The notes beneath the pieces were generated by a model, which did no database searches, had not been told where the DNA came from, and saw only the letters and a list, made by a program, of their open reading frames with translations. A DNA stretch of 62,143 nt, counting the filler, from Nemertoderma westbladi (Eukaryota > Animalia > Xenacoelomorpha), in assembly GCA_032718475.1 (NCBI GenBank). It is 3 parts of 3 records of this genome, joined end to end, with 100 filler letters (N's around TTAATTAATTAA, not from the genome) between each part and the next. Parts side by side here need not be neighbours in the genome. Positions count along the whole stretch, not along the records: positions 1 to 20,888 come from JAUCBJ010006386.1; positions 20,989 to 50,487 come from JAUCBJ010008303.1; 1 more part is not named here. One strand, 5' to 3'. Made by a program: the position numbers and the translations under genes. Of the stretch, positions 11,516 through 24,187 are shown one piece after another. Position 1 is the stretch's first letter; every line of letters begins with the position of its first letter.

Positions 11516-12945
11516 TTATCTCCGCTCCCAATAGTTCTGCGATTGCATCTCCGTGAGACGACTGACGGCCCTGGTGAACGCGAATATTTCATCCTCCCCA
11601 GTGAATATGCTGGACTCCGCGATATTGTCCGCTACTGTCAACGACAGATCGTCCATCAGCTGTCTGTGAGTATCCGTGTCGCGATGGTCACTGTTGCTAT
11701 CAACAGGACACGTCTCGAATAGAACCGCGAGAGGCGCTTCTGCAGTGCAGACTAGCCTCACCTTGTACTCGTAGAATGTATCAACTAGAGTTATAAACCT
11801 CCTGGCTTCCGTCTTCCTTGATACATTCAGTTTTGGTATCGACAAAATGAAAACTGTGTGAAAAGCTTTAGCGACTGCGATGTAATCCGCTGCTCCCATT
11901 GGCTTCTGGCATAGATCCCGGAAGTGGAACCAGCACAGACCGCCGTGGTGATTGGGCACCGGGATGCTCCTATCGTGGGTGAAAACCTCGGGAGTGTGGT
12001 TGGCGTCCGCCGGTTCCAACCGGGTGAGTTTGTCGAAGATCGCGAGCGCTCGACGGTTCACCTCGTCCAGGTCGTGGTGCTCGGTGGCCACGAGGAAGAG
12101 ATTACCGAAAGGGACACCGAGTTGTCGGTAATCCGTGGTGGATTGCATCGCGACGACCTCGCAACAACGGCCGAGAGCGTCGATAAACGGAAGGAAGTTG
12201 GTCCGCTGCAAACCGTTTTTGTATAAATCCGAAGGTTTTCTGTTGGATGTCGCGACTAAAACTAATCCGCGATTCCAAAGTTCGGAGAACAAATTCTTTA
12301 GGTTCATGGCATCTGCGATGTCTGTAACTTGGAACTCGTCTAGACAAAGGAGTGTGGTTGACGCGGCTATTGAATCGGCGACTTTGGACAACGGGTTCAA
12401 CGCCACCGAGCGGGAAGATCTAGGTGAGTTTTGTTTGATTCTGTGAACATCGGCGTGAACGTCCAGCATAAATGAGTGGAAATGTGTCCGTCGTTTGGGG
12501 ACTTGGCTACACGCGAACATTATATCCATTAACATTGTCTTTCCGCAGCCAACAGGCCCCCATATGTAGACCCCTTTTGGCGCCACTTCGTGCTTCGCTT
12601 TACTAAACCAAGAGAAGTAATTCGATCCAGTTTGTGTTAATTTACTTGTTTCTATTCTTTCGTAAAGTTCTTCCAAACTCATCATAACTTTTTCTTGGTT
12701 TTGGTCACGGGAAATTATGGATTCGTTTACGTACTTCCAGTATAACTCCATGGGTGTCTCCTCATGGTATTTAAACATTTCCAGTTCCAACTGACTGCTG
12801 AGTTGGGTCCCTTTGCGGCGAACCGCAATAGTTTGGTGGCCAATGTTACATTTGTTCTTTAAGGAGATTAACGAATAACATATATCATAATTGGTTTAAT
12901 CGTATGCGAGTTGCTTAGAGCTAGAAGTCTAAAAGTTGAAATCAT
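11516..12945 (-). pseudogene. AFG1L: AFG1L copy 2, 2-bp insertion frameshift in the N-terminal presequence region
   Basis: Same motifs as copy 1; ACATATATCATAA versus ACATATCATAA at ~12880 puts ATG 12945 out of frame; ORF 11516-12790 otherwise intact. Confidence 0.85.
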
Positions 12946-13019
12946 GACGCATTCGCAGAACAGTTAGGAATATAAGCTCCAAATGACCAAAATCCTACAG
13001 CTAGCATTGTGGATGATAC

Positions 13020-14644
13020 TAGGGATGTCCCGGAATTCCGTTCCGGCCGGAATTCCGGTGGTTTTTGCCCGATTCCGGTTCCCGCCGGAATTGCCGGAAT
13101 GGGGTCAATTCCGGCCGTAATTTTACCGGAATTACAAGGTTCATATCTAGATTAGTAGTTGCAATTAGTTTGTTAAATTATTATCAACATTTATATATTT
13201 TTTAAACATTATTACCAATTAGTTTAAGATACTTTTCAACACTGGCAAAAAAGTATAGAAATAAAGTTTTCTTCGACCGTTAGATGTAACATTCTAACAT
13301 TTAAGGATGAAAGGCATATATGCCCCCTGGTTAGCCCCTTCAAACCATTCGTGCCGAATCGAAAACTGCCTTGGCCCACATACAGGGATCGAACCCACGA
13401 CCTCCAGATAGATTGGAAATCAATGCAACCACTACACCAAGGTGGAACCTAACTAACCTATATATCGAGGAAAAATTCACAGCCACCCTTTTTAGTTTAT
13501 TAATCAGAGTAACCAATCACAGTCCTCTTGCCGGATATAACAGGATTGAACATGGGACATGATCACTTTCGACTCATAGGTCGTAACTTACGATTTACCA
13601 GTGGAGACGCTCCCATTGAAACCAATGTGATCCATAATTTATTCTGACTAAGACTACATAAGACTTACCAGTGGAGCACGGGCCTTCACGAGTGGTTTTT
13701 CCAACTTGCTTATAAAATGGCGTTTTTCAGATTGATTTTACATTATTTAACATTGATCTTACAATATTTTACATTGATTTTTACATTGAGTTTAAATTAT
13801 TTTACATTGATTTTACACTATTTTACATTGAATTTAAATTATTTTACACTGATTTTATATTATTTTACTTTGATTTAATTATTAAATAATATGATAATTA
13901 CAGGCGGCTAAGTAAATTGCTAATGAAACTCGATTAACGATTAACACAATTACAATTACTACTTTAACCTAAAACTAATATAAATATAAAACGTTATTAC
14001 ACAGGTCCTGAGAGTGGTCGTTAGTTCAGTTCTGCGTCGTAGGTGCTGCATAATATAGTAGTTTAATTTATATTTACAGCAAATCCATTTCTTACCATAA
14101 ATCTATTTATTCCCAGCAATAATTAACTGTAACATGTACTTGTACTATTTGCCTCGTTTATTGTTTTGGTTCGAATAACATGTCACTGTAACATGCTCCT
14201 TTTCCTTAAAGACACCAGGATATTGCACCAAAGAACCTAATGACGCGAAACCATAGGTTTTGGGTTAACTTAGTGTAGGTTTTTAGGTATGAATGAGTCT
14301 ATAGGCTAAAAACCTAACTTTTGGCCAAGGTTGTCGATTTTAGAAAAAAAATTATATTGAATAATGCCGAAGTACCATCCCGTCCCCATAATAGGCCATA
14401 ACGGGCCAGGCCATTCTCCACTCCACTCACCTTAATTGTAATTCCCCCCAAGGTTGTGATTCATCTCATTATCAAACTTGGCTTTAGAGATTAAAAAAAT
14501 TCATTTGTTTCACAAAAAATTATAATATTTCCTGGGTATTTCACTAATTATAGAAACTTCCGGATCCGGCCGGAATATTCCGGCATGTTGAATTCCGGTT
14601 CCGGTTCCGGCCGGAATCAAAATATCGATTCCGGGACATCCCTA
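13020..14644. mobile_element. non-autonomous hAT-type element, copy 2 (same insertion site, duplicated with the gene)
   Basis: Same TIRs and TSD GATGATAC (13012-13019, 14645-14652). Confidence 0.92.
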
Positions 14645-14715
14645 GATGATACTACAGTATATAAGGACATTTAAAGAGTCCACGGAGTCAGACTAATGGA
14701 CTGTTTAAATAACTA

Positions 14716-15793
14716 CAGTAGAGAGGGGTTAAATTGATACCCCGAGGCAACTTTGATTTTGAAATGGGCTACTTTGATAGTTGTTATGCATATATTAATA
14801 GTCATACTAATTTCACTTTTTATATGTGTATGTATGTAGGCATGTATTATGCATTTATAGGCCTATACGGTATTTTGCAATTGTCAGGTTGTTTGTTAGT
14901 ACGTCTGTGTGGTAGGTACCAGTACCTTAAATTATCTGTATATCATATACCAAGTAGGAATATTGCTATTATATATCATTCATATATCTATTTATATCAA
15001 GAGAATCTACCGTTAGGTACATAATTATGGTTCGTCATTATAAAAGAGAACCTGGGTCAAGGAATTATAAAAACTATACTGACAATACCCTGAACAATGC
15101 AATAAAGTGAATTAAAGAAAATGGCGAATCGATTATATTTGTCAGCAGCAAGTTTAAAATACCACATGGCACGTTATGCAATAAGCCGAACAAGCACCAT
15201 GAGGGATCTGTTGATCACCCAACAGCAATGACAGAAACAGAAGAGTTAAAATGGTGGAGGCCATAAATGTTTTGGCCAAAAGGAAAAAGCCATTCATTGG
15301 ATGGTCTGGAAGTTCGCCTTATGGTGCAAAATATGCTGACCAAATCAGGAAAGGTACTGAGGGAATTCTCTTCTAAGGTAAAGGAACCCAAGGTCATAAA
15401 TATTCCTGGGCAAGATTGGCTTCAAGGTTTCATGAAGAGACATGATCTGACCAAACGAATCGCTGACAATGTCACTCCGGCAACGGCAGACGTTGGGGAG
15501 AAACAGATAAATTCTTTCTTCGATAATTATATAGCTGAGAATCCGGAGGGTATTCCTCCAGCTAATATTTATAATTTCGACGAAACTAACATCAGCAACC
15601 AACCTTGAGATAAACGTGCCATATGTAAACGTGGATCGAATCGTGTTGAAAGAATCATATCGAAGTCCAAGCAATCAATATCTCTTATGTTCAGTGGGTC
15701 TGCAGATGGTAAGCTCTTGCCACTCATGGTAGTTTACAAAGCTTCTGGAAAGTATGATGCAGAATGGGGAGTTGGGGGGTATGTAGGAGTAGG
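14716..15793 (+). mobile_element. pogo/Tigger-like fragment, copy 2
   Basis: Near-identical to 8806-9887, with an extra stop after NISNQP. Confidence 0.85.
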
Positions 15794-18700
15794 ATGGCTA
15801 TCTGGGTTAACCAACTTTATATGGGTGAACCATGGCTATCTGGGTGAACCATTGCTATCTGTGTGAACCAACTCTATATGGGTGAACCATGGCTATATCT
15901 GGATGAACCATATCTATCTGGGTGAACCACCTCTATCTGGGTGAACCATGGCTATCTGTGTGAACCAACTATATATGGGTGAACCATGGCCATCTGGGTG
16001 ATCCATGGCTATATCTGGGTGAACCAACTCTATATGGGTGAACCATGGCTATCTGTGTGAACCAACTCTATATGGGTGAACCATGGCTATCTGGGTGAAC
16101 CATGGAGATATCTGGGTGAACCATGACTATCTGGGTGAACCAACTCTATATGGGTGAACCATGGCTATCTGTATGAACCAACTCTATATGGGTGAACCAT
16201 GGCTATCTGGGTGAACCATGACTATCTGGGTGAACCAACTCTATATGGGTGAACCATGGCTATCTGGGTGAACCATGGCTATCTGGGTGAACCATGACTA
16301 TCTGGGTGAACCAACTCCATCTTAGTGAACCATGGCTATCTGGGTGAACCATGGATATATGGGTGAACCATGGCTATCTGGGTGAACCAACTCTATATGG
16401 GTGAACCATGGCTATCTGGGTGAACCATGGCTATCTGGGTGAACCAACTCTATATGGGTGAACCATGGCTATCTGTATGAACCAACTCTATATGGGTGAA
16501 GCATGGCTATCTGGGTGAACCATGGCTATCTGGGTGAACCATGACTATCTGGGTGAACCAACTCTATATGGGTGAACCATGGCTATCTGGGTGAACCATG
16601 GCTATCTGGGTGAACCATGACTATCTGGGTGAACCAACTCCATCTGAGTGAACCATGGCTATCTGGGTGAACCATGGCTATATGTGTGAACCATGGCTAT
16701 CTGGGTGAACCAACTCTATATGGGTGAACAATGGCTATATGGGTGAACCATGGCTATCTGGGTGAACCAACTCTATCTGGGTTAACCAACTTTATATGGG
16801 TGAACCATGGCTATCTGGGTGAACCATGGCTATCTGTATGAACCAACTCTATATGGGTGAACCATGGCTATCTGGGTGAACCATGACTATCTGGGTGAAC
16901 CAACTCTATATGGGTGAACCATGGCTATCTGGGTGAACCATGGCTATCTGGGTGAACCAAGGCTATCTGTGTGAAACAACTTTATATGGGTGAACCATGG
17001 CTATCTGGGTGAACCGTGGTTATCTGGGTGAACCATGGCTATCTGGGTGAACCATGGCTATCTGGGTGAACCATGGCTATCTGTGTGAACCAACTCTATA
17101 TGGGTGAACCATGGCTATATCTGGGGGTACCAACTCTATATGGATGAACCTTGGCTACCTGGGTGAACCAAGGCTATCTGTGTGAAACAACTTTATATGG
17201 GTGAACCATGGCTATCTGGGTGAACCATGGCTATCTGTGTGAACCAACTTTATATGGGTGAACCATGGCTATCTGGGTGTACCGTGGCTATCTGGGTGAA
17301 CCATGGCTATATGGGTGAACCATGGCTATCTGGGTGAACCATGGTTATATGGCCAACCCTATAAACCAACTCTATATGGGTGAATCATGGCTATCTGGGT
17401 GAACCATGACTATCTGGGTGAACCACCTCTATATGGGTGAACCATGGCTATCTGGGTGAACCATGGCATCTGGGTGAACCATGACTATCTGGGTGAACCA
17501 ACTCCATCTGGGTGAACCATGGCTATCTGGGTGAACCATGGCTATATGGGTGAACCATGGCTATCTGGGTGAACCATGGCTATCTGGGTGAATGATGGCT
17601 ATCTGGGTGAACCATGGCTATCTGGGTGAACCAAGGCTATCTGTGTGAAACAACTTTATATGGGTGAACCATGGCTATCTGGGTGAACCGTGGCTGGCTA
17701 TCTGTGGGGAACCAACTCTATATGGGATGGGTGAACCATGGCTTTCTGGGTGAACCGTGGCTATATCTGGGTGAACCATGGCTATATCTGGGTGAACCAA
17801 CTCTATATGGGTGAACCATTGCTATCTGGGTGAACCATGACTATATCTGGGTGAACCATGACTATATCTGGGTGAACCATAGCTATCTGGGTGAACCAAC
17901 TCCATATGAGTGAACCATGTCTATCTGGGTGAACAATGAATGTGAACCATGGCTATATCTGGGTGAACCATGGCTATATCTGGGTGAACCAACTCTTTAT
18001 GGGTGAACCATTGCTATCTGGGTGAACCATGACTATATCTGGGTGAACCATAGCTATCTGGGTGAACCAACTCCATATGAGTGAACCATGTCTATCTGGG
18101 TGAACAATGACTGTGAACCATGGCTATCTGGGTGAACCATGGATATATCTGGGTGAACCAACTCTATATGGGTGAACCATGGCTATATCTGGGTGAACAA
18201 TGGCTATATCTGGGTGAACCATGGCTATCTGGGTGAACCATGGCTATCTGGGTGAACCATGGCTATCTGGGTGAACCATGGCTATCTGGGTGAACCATGG
18301 CTATCTGGGTGAACCATGGCTATCTGGGTGAACCATGGCTATCTGGGTGAACCATGGCTATCTGGGTGAACCATGGCTATCTGGGTGAACCATGGCTATC
18401 TGTGTGAACCAACTCTATATGGGTGAACCATGGCTATATCTGGGTGAACAATGGCTATATCTGGGTGAACCATGGCTATCTGGGTGAACCATGGCTATCT
18501 GGGTGAACCATGGCTATCTGGGTGAACCATGGCTATCTGGGTGAACCATGGCTATCTGGGTGAACCATGGCTATCTGGGTGAACCATGGCTATCTGGGTG
18601 AACCATGGCTATCTGAGTGAACCAACTCTATATGGGTGAACCATGGCTATATCTGGGTGAACCATGGCTATATCTGGGTGAACCAACTCTTTATGGGTGA

Positions 18701-19130
18701 ACCATTGCTATCTGGGTGAACCATGACTATATCTGGGTGAACCATAGCTATCTGGGTGAACCAACTCCATATGAGTGAACCATGTCTATCTGGGTGAACA
18801 ATGACTGTGAACCATGGCTATCTGGGTGAACCATGGATATATCTGGGTGAACCAACTCTATATGGGTGAACCATGGCTATATCTGGGTGAACAATGGCTA
18901 TATCTGGGTGAACCATGGCTATCTGGGTGAACCATGGCTATCTGGGTGAACCATGGCTATCTGGGTGAACCATGGCTATCTGGGTGAACCATGGCTATCT
19001 GGGTGAACCATGGCTATCTGGGTGAACCATGGCTATCTGGGTGAACCATGGCTATCTGTGTGAACCAACTCCATATGGGTGAACCATGGCTATATCTGGG
19101 TGAACCATCGCTATCTGGGTGAACCATGGC
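15794..19130. repeat. 19-bp satellite, array 3 (~3.3 kb)
   Basis: Same unit; opens with the same variant order as array 2. Confidence 0.95.
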
Positions 19131-20558
19131 TTATCTCCGCTCCCAATAGTTCTGCGATTGCATCTCCGTGAGACGACTGACGGCCCTGGTGAACGCGAAT
19201 ATTTCATCCTCCCCAGTGAATATGCTGGACTCCGCGATATTGTCCGCTACTGTCAACGACAGATCGTCCATCAGCTGTCTGTGAGTATCCGTGTCGCGAT
19301 GGTCACTGTCGCTATCAACAGGACACGTCTCGAATAAAACCGCGAGAGGCGCTTCTGCAGTGCAGACTAGCCTCACCTTGTACTCGTAGAATGTATCAAC
19401 TAGAGTTATAAACCTCCTGGCTTCCGTCTTCCTTGATACATTCAGTTTCGGTATCGACAAAATGAAAACTGTGTGAAAAGCTTTAGCGACTGCGATGTAA
19501 TCCGCTGCTCCCATTGGCTTCTGGCATAGATCCCGGAAGTGGAACCAGCACAGACCGCCGTGGTGATTGGGCACCGGGATGCTCCTACCGTGGGTGTAAA
19601 CCTCGGGAGTGTGGGTGGCGTCCGCCGGTTCCAACCGGGTGAGTTTGTCGAAGATCGCGAGCGCTCGACGGTTCACCTCGTCCAGGTCGTGGTGCTCGGT
19701 GGCCACGAGGAAGAGATTACCGAAAGGGACACCGAGTTGTCGGTAATCCGTGGTGGATTGCATCGCGACGACCTCGCAATAACGACCGAGAGCGTCGATA
19801 AACGGAAGGAAGTTGGTCCGCTGCAAACCGTTTTTGTATAAATCCGAAGGTTTTCTGTTGGATGTCGCGACTAAAACTAATCCGCGATTCCAAAGTTCAG
19901 AGAACAAATTCTTTAGGTTCATGGCATCTGCAATGTCTGTAACTTGGAACTCGTCTAGACAAAGGAGTTTGGTTGACGCGGCTATTGAATCGGCGACTTT
20001 GGACAACGGGTTCAACGCCACCGAGCGGGAAGATCTAGGTGAGTTTTGTTTGATTCTGTGAACATCGGCGTGAACGTCCAACATAAACGAGTGGAAATGT
20101 GTCCGTCGTTTGGGGACTTTGCTACACGCGAACATTATATCCATTAACATTGTCTTTCCGCAGCCAACAGGCCCCCATATGTAGACCCCTTTTGGCGCCA
20201 CTTCGTGCTTCGCTTTACTAAACCAAGAGAAGTAATTAGATCCAGTTTGTGTTAATTTACTTGTTTCTATTCTTTCGTAAAGTTCTTCCAAACTCATCAT
20301 AACTTTTTCTTGGTTTTGGTCACGGGAAATTAAGGATTCGTTTACGTACTTCCAGTATAACTCCATGGGTGTCTCCTCATGGTATTTAAACATTTCCAGT
20401 TCCAACTGACTGCTGAGTTGGGTCCCTTTGCGGCGAACCGCAATAGTTTGGTGGCCAATGTTACATTTGTTCTTTAAGGAGATTAACGAATAATATATCA
20501 TAATTGGTTTAATCGTATGCGAGTTGCTTAGAGCTAGAAGTCTAAAAGTTGAAATCAT
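19131..20558 (-). CDS. AFG1L: AFG1-like ATPase copy 3, intronless, upstream region free of the hAT and pogo insertions
   Basis: 475-aa ORF from ATG 20558 (same length as copy 1); all motifs intact. Confidence 0.93.
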   Translation of the reverse strand: MISTFRLLALSNSHTIKPIMIYYSLISLKNKCNIGHQTIAVRRKGTQLSSQLELEMFKYHEETPMELYWKYVNESLISRDQNQEKVMMSLEELYERIETSKLTQTGSNYFSWFSKAKHEVAPKGVYIWGPVGCGKTMLMDIMFACSKVPKRRTHFHSFMLDVHADVHRIKQNSPRSSRSVALNPLSKVADSIAASTKLLCLDEFQVTDIADAMNLKNLFSELWNRGLVLVATSNRKPSDLYKNGLQRTNFLPFIDALGRYCEVVAMQSTTDYRQLGVPFGNLFLVATEHHDLDEVNRRALAIFDKLTRLEPADATHTPEVYTHGRSIPVPNHHGGLCWFHFRDLCQKPMGAADYIAVAKAFHTVFILSIPKLNVSRKTEARRFITLVDTFYEYKVRLVCTAEAPLAVLFETCPVDSDSDHRDTDTHRQLMDDLSLTVADNIAESSIFTGEDEIFAFTRAVSRLTEMQSQNYWERR

Positions 20559-20888
20559 GACGCATTCGCAGAACAGTTCGGAATATAAGCTCCAAATGAC
20601 CAAAATCCTACAGCTAGCATTGCTGATGATACTACAGTATATAAGGGCAGTTAAAGAGTCCACGGAGTCAGACTACTGGACTGTTTAAATAACTACCGGT
20701 ACCGGTAAAAAATAAAGTAAATTTTCTTCGGCCACTAAGCCAGGCTGCCAGGGATTAAGCACAAAGTCTGACGACTTATTTCCAGTGCTGTCCCCCCAGA
20801 ACTTTACTCCCTCTATACTCCCCAGAGCTGCAGAGGAAACTCCAGTACGGTACTCATTCAGTTACCACTTAAAGATGCAAGGCAGGTA

Positions 20889-20988
20889 NNNNNNNNNNNN
20901 NNNNNNNNNNNNNNNNNNNNNNNNNNNNNNNNTTAATTAATTAANNNNNNNNNNNNNNNNNNNNNNNNNNNNNNNNNNNNNNNNNNNN
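20889..20988. other. assembly gap/contig linker
   Basis: 100 nt of N with central TTAATTAATTAA (six-frame stop linker). Confidence 0.95.
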
Positions 20989-21397
20989 GACCCAACCAAA
21001 TTCTTTGAAAACACTGAAGATGCAGTCTCGCATTTAAAAATAGTAACCACGGTCTCCAAATAGCGCTTGGATTTAGATGCTAAAAACGTTCTAAATCTAA
21101 ATTACTGTAGTTAGTTATTTATTTACTTATTTATAGTTTACTTAGTTATTTAAATTTAAAATAGTATGTAATAATACATCTATAATGATAATACTGATTT
21201 GTGCTAGCAGGACTTATTATTGTACCTAACCCTTTCCACCCTAAACGTGATTACATTTAGTCTATACTTACTTTATACTAATGTGTTAATGTGTTGTTAT
21301 ACTATGTGGTTAATGTGTTATGTTACAACTTGGTGCTATTTAATAATTTGAAATTTTTTGAAGTTAATAAAATAATAATAATAATAATAATGGATAT

Positions 21398-21650
21398 CCT
21401 CCCTCCCTCTGGCCAACCACCAACTCGATCTTTCCCCACTGGAGTTCAGAGACGCACTCGCGATCCGTTATGGCCGCCCCTTGCGTGACGTTGACGTTGT
21501 CGACGACCTCGCAGCTCGTGCCTTAGGGTCGCGTAACGTTGTCTGCGAGCCAGTAGTTCGGGAGGGAGGGCCAGGGGGTAGATGGGGCTGCAGGTCTTCG
21601 GTGCGATTCGGGGTGCATTAAACCCGAGGCGTTGTTAGATATTAGGGTTG
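21398..21650 (+). mobile_element. CRE-like non-LTR retrotransposon fragment (degenerate C-terminal region)
   Basis: Translates LPLANHQLDLSPLEFRDALAIRYGRPL..NVVCEPVVREGG..EALLDIRV; follows an (AAT)n run. Confidence 0.65.
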
Positions 21651-23089
21651 TTTGACGTTTGACGTTATTTGACATTATATTGGTTTCTATGGATGGTGAT
21701 TTTCAATCCATTAAAATACAAATTAAAACTCAATCATTTCACACGTGGCTTATATCAATTTAAAGCGGAGAGTCTTGCGCGTATTTCGACACCATAATTA
21801 ATTAAATTCATGACGATGAACAGTAGGAGAATGTCTAACGCGTCTAAGAAGTAGATCTTGATATTTTGAAGATTTTGTTCGTTTTCAATTACCCATAGGC
21901 GTGATGACATAATTGGCCTAAAAATCAAATTACATTTAATGTTTACGATTACATTTAAAAAACGAAAAGGAAAAAACATGAAACAACCGGAAAGAATAAC
22001 GCCTTAAAGTAAACCCATGTCCAAGCGCTATTTTTGACGCAACAAATAATTTCCTCACCAAATTTGGTAGATTTAATCCACAAATTCATTATTGGAAACA
22101 AATATTTGCGACAGATTTTATTACTCAAATTTATAAAAAAAATCGCTAATGGTAATGGAATTTAGGACTACATTAGACTAAAACACAGAACTATTTAACC
22201 TAATCACCAAAATGGATATTCAATCAGTTAGTTAATTAATCAGTAGAAGGTAAAGGTAAAGCACCATGTAGATTTTGATTATAAGATTATTATGAGTATC
22301 AGAGGTTGAAGCGGCAATACAAATTAATACAAGGCCAACTAAAATTTAAATTAAAAATATCCTAATTTATCCTTAACTATGTAGGCCTACAATGTACAAA
22401 TAACCATGTCCTGAAATGTTGTCTTAATTCATCGACTATTTCGTTGAAAAATAGCTGAGGTTCGTTCGTAAGTTGCATGGTTTTGCAGCCGCCCGAAGTT
22501 ATTTTATTATATTTAATTAGACACATCGTTATGGATCATTATATTAATCTCATAAGTAGCTGGACAACAATACCGGTACATTACGTATATAATATTACTA
22601 TTACATAGCTATTCATACTTGAACAAAATGTTGAGAATATGGAGAATTTTTAATTGGAATAAATAGCCCCGCGAATAAGCAAAACCACGCAACTTTCCAA
22701 CGCCCAAATATGTCTCAGGTATTTTTCAACGAAATCAAAATTGTGATAAGCCTAGGCCTACACATTTGGAATCCTTGCTTGTCCAGCAGTTACCAACTAA
22801 ACACTATAGGGGTGAAGAATAGCCGCGGTGTAAAATAACGCCGGAGACAATAATTCCAAACGCTTGTAGCTAAATATTGAAAAGGCAGATAAAAATTCTG
22901 ACTCGCACCAAGTAAGGAGGTCAAACTAATTTTGCAGAAAAGATGTCGGGTTCCAAGAATCACTGAATTAGGATACAATATTCCAGGACATGCTTCTTAG
23001 TAGGTATTCCATGATATACAGTGTAATAAAGTATGCCCTCTTAATAGAACCTAATTTGTATACCAGTATTGTAAAGTATTCATGCGTGT

Positions 23090-23575
23090 CTAGTGTCGTT
23101 TCTTCTTCTTAGTGCAAGAGAATTCAGGAAATCCAGAACAAATTTCCCCCCGGGAACAATCACCATCTTCTAAACATAGACTCGGGATCAACTCCGACAC
23201 CAAGGGAAGAAAAGCATTTGGATTATTGATTGTGATTGAAATTTCTTTATCCATAATTTGCGTGTGGTTAGTAGAATTAAAATCAACACTAGTTATAACG
23301 CTATACGTTTCATTGTCTATCTTACCGATGTACTCAGAGGTGTTTTGGTAATGGTTAGGAAGTTCCCCCAACCCCGCGAAATGTTTAATTTCCTTCTTTA
23401 TTTTTCCAGCAATCCAATCGATAAGACCGGTTATTATGTTAAGAAGACTTTTCCCAACGATTAATTTATCTTCTTTACTTTCTCTTTCAATTCCTTCATG
23501 AATGGGCGATGAGCTCACCTTCAATACAAACACAGTCAATAACAATGTAAATATAGCAATGATGTACTTCATCAT
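23090..23575 (-). CDS. orphan putative secreted protein, 161 aa
   Basis: ATG start; signal peptide MMKYIIAIFTLLLTVFVLKVSS; acidic spacer; amphipathic segment; several N-x-S/T sites; C-terminal four-Cys motif. A 486-nt ORF in AT-rich DNA. Confidence 0.65.
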   Translation of the reverse strand: MMKYIIAIFTLLLTVFVLKVSSSPIHEGIERESKEDKLIVGKSLLNIITGLIDWIAGKIKKEIKHFAGLGELPNHYQNTSEYIGKIDNETYSVITSVDFNSTNHTQIMDKEISITINNPNAFLPLVSELIPSLCLEDGDCSRGEICSGFPEFSCTKKKKRH

Positions 23576-24187
23576 TAGGTCTTATTGATTAAGGGGTGGG
23601 GGCTTCTAGAAGTACTACTTAGACAGTCAATATCTATTGGTTGTTTACAGAGTGGGTATAGGGCCGTGTAAAGTACTGGTATATGTTAAGCATGAGGAAG
23701 GTGGCTGGGTAGCCTATCTACCTACAACCGAATTTCTTACGAATCTTTTGGGGGTAGGTGGGATATGAATGAATAGGCCTAAACAGTATTAAAGATGATG
23801 CAATGTTAACAAATATAAATAATGACTGGTGTGTTTTTGTAATAATGAATGGATGTAAAATATTGTTTACAGTATTTGTTTAAATAAGGCAGCAATAAAG
23901 TATGCTCTCAATTATACAACTTTATCTATAAAATACTGTGTTATCGAGGTCTTATAAATTCTTTCGGAAACGTTGGGAGTGAGAGTTGCTTATTCATGCA
24001 GTATGAGCCTGCACCCCATTTAATTGAGGAATTGTACTACCTTTGATGACTGCACAACACATGGCGCTAGTGGTAGCCAATGCGTTAATTTTTGGTGAGT
24101 CATAAAATATCTTCAATACATTAATTAGGACACATGTTAAATGTTGGTAATAAGTAAGAAAATTAATTAAGCAACCCCTAACATATT

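Noticed and set aside
9888-19130. GGGTGAACC repeat with variable 10-nt segments as a mini-CRISPR
   Set aside because: The variable parts are a few recurrent point variants of one monomer, not unique spacers.
20559-20663. 35-aa N-terminal extension of AFG1L copy 3
   Set aside because: Relies on a GTG start; the equivalent region has a stop and a TE insertion in copies 1 and 2; ATG 20558 matches copy 1.
20889-20988. TTAATTAATTAA motif flanked by Ns (also 50488-50587)
   Set aside because: Artificial linker; adjacency across the gaps should not be interpreted biologically.
24027-24098. Cys-rich peptide NCTTFDDCTTHGASGSQCVNF followed by GTGAGT
   Set aside because: Preceded by an in-frame stop with no convincing acceptor or start; too short to support an exon call.
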